From NCBI GenBank assembly GCA_000004985.1, contig GG738855.1: a DNA stretch of 64,000 nt. One strand, 5' to 3'. The position numbers were made by a program, and so were the translations under genes. Below the pieces are notes generated by a model. It was not told the DNA's origin. It ran no database searches and saw nothing but the letters and a program-made list of their open reading frames with translations. Below are positions 58,301 to 64,000 of the stretch, piece after piece; the first letter of the stretch is position 1; each line of letters starts with the position of its first letter. Origin of the DNA: Naegleria gruberi (taxonomy: Eukaryota).

Positions 58301-58950
58301 ACCAAAAACAGAAGAAAAGGAAGGAAGGGCCATAGGTCCATAATTACCCTTAGTATTCAAACAATCAACAAATTCATCTGGAGTGGATGACTTGTCACAG
58401 CCAGAACTCTTGATAATTGCAATTTCATTATCAATAGCACTTTGAATGGAAGAACCATCACACAAACCAACCTTAACTTCTGCTGNGAGGAATGCCAATG
58501 AAGCTTCAACTCTAACATCTTGGAACAATTCATATTACTCATTGAATTGATATCATAAAATGCAAAAGTAGTATCTCTTCTGGTGCAACATTGGTTATTA
58601 GAATTACCACAACATGGATCATTCTTCCATGCAGCATCAAGTGGAGAAATATTACAGGCACCTGAGAAATCATTCAAGGTAATTGGAGTTTTGTTATTCA
58701 AGGCGAGTCTTTGGGCAACTGTACAAGTACCTTCAGTATTTACATTGGTTCCTAGGAAGGCAAAGGCAGAAGCTCCCTTAGCAATTTTGAAAGCAGGTTG
58801 TGCATTAAAACCAGCATATTCAGCCTTAGCTTGAGCAGGAGTACAAAGTGGCTCTACATTATTTACAAGTGCTACTAAGATAGTAACTAGAATACACACA
58901 ACAACTAGTGAGACGTAGCTCTTTAGATTGTATTTACAGTGTATGTACAT
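52349..58950 (-). CDS. Giant (~2200 aa) secreted or GPI/TM-anchored cysteine-rich EGF-repeat surface glycoprotein. The model spans an N gap and a frame disruption near 58486.
   Basis: N-terminal signal peptide (SLVVVCILVTILVALVNN) and a Cys-rich head. There are at least five near-identical tandem EGF modules (PSCFGLLANNT.VCSGNGKCI.NDTCQCNGGF.GKNCEINNNNNN), then further EGF-like modules (CSGNGLCSGPDKCVCKNGWAGNECN). A ~1000-aa S/T/A-rich stalk follows, and a C-terminal hydrophobic tail (NFAGLLAIVFSVLSVFLI) is consistent with a GPI-anchor signal or TM. Three track ORFs (58357..58950, 55775..58528, 52349..55738) are collinear on the minus strand. Confidence 0.7.
55778..55827. other. Assembly gap (50 N) inside the EGF-repeat gene
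   Basis: Run of n. Confidence 0.99.
56155..56830 (-). repeat. Tandem array of five ~126-138-nt near-identical coding repeats (EGF modules with poly-Asn linkers) inside the giant surface-protein gene
   Basis: Repeated nucleotide blocks, visible on the plus strand as the recurring ggaaacggtaaatgtatt / ttgacaagtgtcattgg / catgatggcattggttg strings. They encode QPMPSCFGLLANNTNACSGNGKCIANDTCQCN.. five times with few substitutions. Confidence 0.75.
58483..58538 (-). other. Putative 56-nt intron (or sequencing-error frameshift) containing the ambiguous base at 58486
   Basis: On the minus strand, TCAATGA|GTAATATG donor and ..CATTGGCATTCCTCnCAG|CAGAAG acceptor. Removing it joins the signal-peptide/Cys-rich ORF (58950..58539) in frame to the 917-aa ORF. 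Length mod 3 = 2, matching the observed frame offset. Confidence 0.4.
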
Positions 58951-59335
58951 TTTTTTTGTTTTCGAATAGAAGTTGTAGTGTGGCAGATTGATTTATATAC
59001 CCCAACCCCAACCGGTTGATTGTAATAGAGATGATTTTCTGAGAGACGTTGTTGCTACCAATAGTTCATGTGTACAGTCGCTGATGGTACTAGATGGAGA
59101 GTTTTGTATTACATTAAACTTTTGTGCACTACAACGACTGAGAGATAGCAGAGATGAATGGCATAGATAATAGAAAAATCCATATTTGTATTCCTTTTTT
59201 GAAATGACAATTCCAAAAAACAAATTAAATCACCTCCCATCACTATTGTAATTGAAAATGGAGGGAAATATGTAGTTCAAAAAGGAGTTGTCGAAAAAGT
59301 TCAAGTGTCTCACTAACCAAATAATTAATTGATTT

Positions 59336-61591
59336 CTATTGAGATGTATAGGTTTCTGGTACGTTCAATAAGAATACAACACCATCATATCCACTCAATA
59401 AACACCAATTTTTGAGATCCTCATGTTTGGATGGGTGATATAAGCATCTGTGCATTGCCAATCTGATATCTGGTGTTAGCTTTTCATTTTTGAATCTAAA
59501 AGGTAGACGAGTGAATTTTTCGCCTGGGTTGTCTGCATCTTTAAAGTGATAAGGGAGTGAGTAGCATACATCAGCCTTATTTGACAATTTGTATGTCATT
59601 TCTGGATCAGTTTCAGAATAGTCATTATCATTTGTGACAAGTTCCACTTGTAAAAGCAAATCATCAACTCTATTATCGACTGCTCTTCTCTTCTTTCCCA
59701 TAGAATCTTGTTCTAATGATAATACTTCTATTCTTCCTGTTGCTGTAGCAACTAGAATACTAGAACGAGTTGATGAAATAGAAATATCCCATATTGGACC
59801 ATCACATGTAGAAAAAAGTTGGAAAGCATTTTCAACAGCATCAAATTGTCTAATGGTACCGTCGTGTGAAACAATAAGGAGAGCATTTGATTTTTCTGGA
59901 AACGCCACTCCAGTCATCCAAAAACGGTTTCCACTCAAAGAGGCATAATAAGGATAGAAAATATCCCTCACGTCCCAAATTTTGAAAAATCCATCATTAC
60001 TACATGTTGCAAAAATATATTCGTTCATAGTAGGATCAAACCAAGAGATACTTCGAATGGATAGGTCATTAGTTGGATGGCTATGTCCAAAAACAGAGAC
60101 TGCATGTTCGAGAATATTTCCCTCAGTATTATTAAGAACCTTCCAAAGTGAAATTGTACCATCATGATAACCACTCACAAAATATTTTAAACTAGGAGAC
60201 CATGAAATAGTGTATGGTACCTTTAGAGAGGCATTATTTTCAGAATCATGCTGTAATTGAGAGTAAACTTCTGGTTTGAGCGATATTACAAGCCTTTCAT
60301 CTTTTCCTAGTTTAATATTATTCTTCGATTCGTATTCTGATAAAATCTGTGAGTAGTGAGGCACGTTCAAAATAATGACAGTTCCATCAGAACATGCACA
60401 AGCTAATATTCCAAGTCTTTCATTTTTTACATATGAATTTGGCATCCATTTCAAATCCCAAATAAATCCATGATCGTGCTCAATATAGAATTGGACATAT
60501 GGATCCCTATTCAATTGCTTATCCGAAAGTTTTCCAAAATTCCAAATTTGAATTTTTCCACAATGTTCAACATCTGAAATTGTTGGAACTTTCACATTAC
60601 TATGACTAGCATCGAATAATTCTCCTTTCATTGTTGGCTTTCCTGTTTTATGAAATGATGAATGAAGAGTATGAGGTGCAATGGCAACAAGTTGTTCCTC
60701 CTCAGCTGAAGGTCGACTCACCCAATCCAAAGCCCAAATAGGTGCTCCAATATTTAACATGGCAGCTGAACATTCAGTACCAACTCTTGTTGCTGTATGA
60801 AGATCCAAATTAATTTCACTACATCCTCTTTCATTAGTATCACATTCAGTGTATCCTTTTCTTTCTTTTTGAGGTTCTGTGTTTAATAGAATAGTCTTGG
60901 AAAACTTTTTTTGTGCTTGTTGTGGAAAAGTGACAACATCAGTGATGGATATTTTCCTAATATTTACAATTGACGAAACTCTATCTGGACATGAAGATGC
61001 CGAGTCCAAACTTTCATTTGTGATATAATCAGTCAAATAACGAACATCTTTTGTTTTTTTCTTTGTTGATGACTTTTTTGTAGAGGCTTTCTTTGTTCGG
61101 GTGGGTGTTTTAGTTGGTGTTTTTGGTTCGGATTTACTTTTAGTTGGTGTTTTTGTTTTTGTTGGTGTTTTTGGCTTCTTTGTTGCTGATGATTTCTTTT
61201 TCTTCTTTGATTTTGGTTCGTATTCTTCCTCTTCTTCCTCTTCTGAATCTAATTCACTTACTACTTCTTCCTCTTCTTCATTATCGGAGGGAACATATTC
61301 CTCTTCCTTTTTCCTCTTCTTTTCNNNNNNNNNNNNNNNNNNNNNNNNNNNNNNNNNNNNNNNNNNNNNNNNNNNNNNNNNNNNNNNNNNNNNNNNNNNN
61401 NNNNNNNNNNNNNNNNNNNNNNNNNNNNNNNNNNNNNNNNNNNNNNNNNNNNNNNNNNNNNNNNNNNNNNNNNNNNNNNNNNNNNNNNAAGCTCGTGGTT
61501 TTCTTGTTCTCTTTGATCGGGTTGTTCTTGGTGGAGTTGAAGCAGATTCATCATCTTCATTCTCTGTTTCTTCCTTCTTTTTTCTTGGCAT
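59336..61591 (-). CDS. WD40-repeat protein with a K/E/T-rich disordered N-terminus (interrupted by a 164-N gap), possibly TFIIIC tau91/GTF3C2- or WDR76-like
   Basis: ATG at 61591 rc in the tataaaaaATG context. N-terminal KTPTKTKTPTKSK basic repeats. The C-terminal ~450 aa have WD-like blocks (DGTVIILNV, HDGTISLWKV, SNDGFFKIWDV, SHDGTIRQFD). Confidence 0.45.
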   Translation of the reverse strand: MPRKKKEETENEDDESASTPPRTTRSKRTRKPRAXXXXXXXXXXXXXXXXXXXXXXXXXXXXXXXXXXXXXXXXXXXXXXXXXXXXXXXEKKRKKEEEYVPSDNEEEEEVVSELDSEEEEEEEYEPKSKKKKKSSATKKPKTPTKTKTPTKSKSEPKTPTKTPTRTKKASTKKSSTKKKTKDVRYLTDYITNESLDSASSCPDRVSSIVNIRKISITDVVTFPQQAQKKFSKTILLNTEPQKERKGYTECDTNERGCSEINLDLHTATRVGTECSAAMLNIGAPIWALDWVSRPSAEEEQLVAIAPHTLHSSFHKTGKPTMKGELFDASHSNVKVPTISDVEHCGKIQIWNFGKLSDKQLNRDPYVQFYIEHDHGFIWDLKWMPNSYVKNERLGILACACSDGTVIILNVPHYSQILSEYESKNNIKLGKDERLVISLKPEVYSQLQHDSENNASLKVPYTISWSPSLKYFVSGYHDGTISLWKVLNNTEGNILEHAVSVFGHSHPTNDLSIRSISWFDPTMNEYIFATCSNDGFFKIWDVRDIFYPYYASLSGNRFWMTGVAFPEKSNALLIVSHDGTIRQFDAVENAFQLFSTCDGPIWDISISSTRSSILVATATGRIEVLSLEQDSMGKKRRAVDNRVDDLLLQVELVTNDNDYSETDPEMTYKLSNKADVCYSLPYHFKDADNPGEKFTRLPFRFKNEKLTPDIRLAMHRCLYHPSKHEDLKNWCLLSGYDGVVFLLNVPETYTSQ
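61325..61488. other. Assembly gap (164 N)
   Basis: Run of n. Confidence 0.99.
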
Positions 61592-61652
61592 TTTTTATAA
61601 AGGGAGAATGTGAAACATAAAAGTACTTAATAATAATCAACAAATATTTAAT

Positions 61653-63479
61653 TTACAATTTGGAGACGAATTGATAAACAAATTGGCTTTGTCCATTTTC
61701 TTCCTTCCATTCTCTTTGAACATTTGAAACAACTTCCTTCAATCTTGGGTAGGCACAATCAACTTGCCAGTTTCCGAAAATATCACTCAAGATGGAGTCA
61801 ACATACCAGATTGGAGCAGTTGACAATTCCTTCTCGAAATCCTTGATAGCACAAGATGCACTTCCTTGCCATCCACCCTTTTGTAAAACAATGCTGGCAA
61901 CCTTTCTTTCAATAACATCACTGAACTTGTTCATGTCATTGGCACTAATCTTACCATCTTGAACACCTGGTTGATCATATGCATTAATAGCGCGGAAAGC
62001 AGCCAAAATTGAAACAATTCTTTCTTCCAAAGCAATCATCATACCAATGTTGAACATATCACATTGTTCATATGTACATGAGAGGAATGGTTTACCATTC
62101 TTATACAGAGCATTTTCAGTACCCTTAATGAAACCAAGCATTTGTCTACCCATACTCAAATAGCTTGTTCCCTTCTTGGAATATTCAGTCAAATCACTGG
62201 CAGCAACCTTTTCACCGGCAAGTTCTTGCTTATCGGTTGGGTCAAGAACTGAATAATCAGAGTTTCTCTTCAAATAGTAAACAAATTTAACAATGCAATC
62301 ATTGATACCCTTTTGAACTTGTTGCATGAAGGCATGTTGTTCACCAGTACCAACACCACCAAAAACAGTTTGACCTTCTGGACTTTCAACACCAGAATTT
62401 TCAGAGAATTGTTTACCCAAACTTTCCATATACAATTGTTGTAAATAGTGAGCAAATTCACGGAGTGAATCAGAATAGCCAAGAACAATCAAATTCTTTC
62501 TACCATGTCTCTTTTGATAATGATCCATAAGAATAGCTGTAACTAAGGCTGGATTCTTCAATTGATTTTCAACTGTATCAAATCTTCTGGTCATTTCATC
62601 CATGTAAGATTGACCACGCAAGAATCCAGCAAAGTCCAATTTAGCAAAAGCAGCTGGAACCATTCCAATAGCACTACCAACACTAGTTCTACCACCAGTT
62701 TCTTCGTTCATGTAGAATGTATGTAAGAAGTGATTCTTTTGAGCAAACTTGTCAAAGTTACTATTCTTTGTAGTAATAGCAATATTATATGAACCAATAT
62801 TACCATTTTGTGCAATACCTCTGTCCAATAATAATCTATTGAAAGTATTCATATTTCCCTTAGTTTCGGCAGTACCACCACTCTTTGACATGTTAACAAG
62901 TAAACTTTCGCTCAACTCCAAAACACCCTTCTCTCCAAAAAGTTGATCAAAACTATCAGAGTCAGTATTACTGACAAAGTATAACTTTGGCAAACCTTCT
63001 TTTTCTTGCAAATCATTGAAATAAATACCCTTCATGGCAACACATAACAACAATGGTCCCAAATAAGATCCACCAATACCATTGAAAATGACATTCTTGT
63101 AAGCCTTTCCTGTTTGTTCATTCTTTAATTGACCACTAATAATTTTACCAACTTTTTCATTAATATCATTCCATAACTTTAAACTATCATCCAATGATTT
63201 TCCAGCAACTGTTGATGAAGCCAAACGTAAATTATAGTGATCAACACTACGATTTTCTGATTCCGATGCAATAACAGTCTTATTTACAATTTGTCCATTT
63301 TCAATTTCTTTAATCTTTTGAGCAGCAACTTTAACTGCATGAACATAATTTTCCTTCAATAGTGTTTGAATAGTTGTTGTTGGTGATGCTGTTTGAGACA
63401 AGAATCCAGAAATATTAAAAGTAAAATTAGTTTCCTTGTCGTGGAAAATATATCCAGGTGTAGTGTAGAGTTTATCCAT
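61653..63479 (-). CDS. Glucose-6-phosphate isomerase (PGI), divergent bacterial/cyanobacterial-like type with an N-terminal extension
   Basis: SIS-domain signatures NVIFNGIGGSYLGPLLL, NMSKSGGTAETKGNMN, FYMNEETGGRTSVGSAIGMVPAAF, LQQLYMESLGKQF and VGTGEQHAFMQQVQKG. The track start at 63557 is GTG; the first ATG with an A-rich context is at 63479. Confidence 0.75.
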   Translation of the reverse strand: MDKLYTTPGYIFHDKETNFTFNISGFLSQTASPTTTIQTLLKENYVHAVKVAAQKIKEIENGQIVNKTVIASESENRSVDHYNLRLASSTVAGKSLDDSLKLWNDINEKVGKIISGQLKNEQTGKAYKNVIFNGIGGSYLGPLLLCVAMKGIYFNDLQEKEGLPKLYFVSNTDSDSFDQLFGEKGVLELSESLLVNMSKSGGTAETKGNMNTFNRLLLDRGIAQNGNIGSYNIAITTKNSNFDKFAQKNHFLHTFYMNEETGGRTSVGSAIGMVPAAFAKLDFAGFLRGQSYMDEMTRRFDTVENQLKNPALVTAILMDHYQKRHGRKNLIVLGYSDSLREFAHYLQQLYMESLGKQFSENSGVESPEGQTVFGGVGTGEQHAFMQQVQKGINDCIVKFVYYLKRNSDYSVLDPTDKQELAGEKVAASDLTEYSKKGTSYLSMGRQMLGFIKGTENALYKNGKPFLSCTYEQCDMFNIGMMIALEERIVSILAAFRAINAYDQPGVQDGKISANDMNKFSDVIERKVASIVLQKGGWQGSASCAIKDFEKELSTAPIWYVDSILSDIFGNWQVDCAYPRLKEVVSNVQREWKEENGQSQFVYQFVSKL

Positions 63480-63866
63480 TTTGTTATTGACTAAAGTAAT
63501 TTGATGATGAATGTGATAATAGTTGGTATGTTGAGTTGATACTTCTTGGTACAACACTTACAATTTTTTTTAAACTTGTTTGCTAAGCTGAAGGTTTCAA
63601 AGTGACTTTTTGAATCTTTTGTTGTTGCGACTATCGACCCATTTAAGGTATTTTCGACGTGAGGATGCATTTTTTATTTAATTAATTTCTCCTCATTTGA
63701 TTGAGGCGATGAAGCATTGATGAATTCGTGAGGATAAAGTTATTCAGGCATGCTATTTAATATTGCTCCGATTTGTTGCATTAGTTGGAAGTGAAAAATT
63801 GTGAAAAGGATCAATAATAATAATTTAATGATTTATTTTTGATGGCAATAAATAATAGGTGTGGAT

Positions 63867-64000
63867 TTACTTGTCTAAATCAGAAAGGTCTGGCTTTTCT
63901 TCATCTTCTTCGTCTTCATCATTTCCGACAACCATATCATCTTCATCTCCTTGTGGTGGATAGAAATTGTCCATACCAAAATCATTAACATCACCTCCAG
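63867..64000 (-). CDS. 3'-terminal fragment of a gene ending in an acidic tail. The 5' part lies beyond the window.
   Basis: The frame is open from the window end to TAA at 63867..63869 and encodes ..GGDVNDFGMDNFYPPQGDEDDMVVGNDEDEEDEEKPDLSDLDK*. A second frame is also open, so the assignment is tentative. Confidence 0.2.
   Translation of the reverse strand, partial: GGDVNDFGMDNFYPPQGDEDDMVVGNDEDEEDEEKPDLSDLDK

Noticed and set aside
1-64000. Prokaryotic-style features: CRISPR arrays, IS elements, phage or defence islands, operons, Shine-Dalgarno sites
   Set aside because: The window is eukaryotic nuclear DNA. It has spliceosomal introns, an SF3A3 gene, mito-ribosomal and PPR proteins, exportin and ATR. 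I saw no direct-repeat/spacer arrays, transposase or integrase ORFs, or terminal inverted repeats.

Overview
This window is compact, AT-rich eukaryotic nuclear DNA from a protist-like genome. It contains no prokaryotic operons, CRISPR arrays or recognisable mobile elements. About 30 protein-coding genes sit on both strands at roughly one gene per 2 to 2.5 kb. Most are intronless, and several carry one or two very short GT..AG introns. Seven of the proposed introns are 38-58 nt and one is 123 nt; donors are GTAAGT, GTATGT, GTGAGT, GTACGT or GTAATA. The ORF track often begins ORFs at TTG or GTG, which are not real starts here; true starts are ATG preceded by an A-run (aaaaaaaATG). Recognisable products are alpha/gamma-SNAP, splicing factor SF3A3, mito-ribosomal uL29m, a two-domain AAA ATPase, a PFA-DSP/Siw14-type phosphatase-like protein with a degenerate P-loop, plant/archaeal-type TyrRS, a LYR-motif protein, ALG7/DPAGT1, DRAP1/NC2alpha, site-1 protease (MBTPS1-like subtilase), a MAPKBP1/WDR62-like WD40 protein, exportin-1/CRM1, a PPR protein, ATR/Mec1 kinase, histidine ammonia-lyase, an F-box protein, a ~2200-aa secreted EGF-repeat surface protein with near-identical tandem repeats, a WD40 protein and glucose-6-phosphate isomerase. 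The rest are low-complexity hypotheticals. Five runs of N (assembly gaps) and two single ambiguous bases interrupt several gene models. Five genes that the ORF track splits or truncates are rejoined here by introns (exportin-1, ATR, HAL, WDR62-like, F-box); the EGF giant also spans an assembly gap, and the PFA-DSP join rests on an inferred 58-nt intron. I found no evidence of a novel defence or mobile system. The most unusual items are the pseudo-phosphatase, the tandem-repeat EGF giant, the HAL loop insertion and the extreme gene packing.
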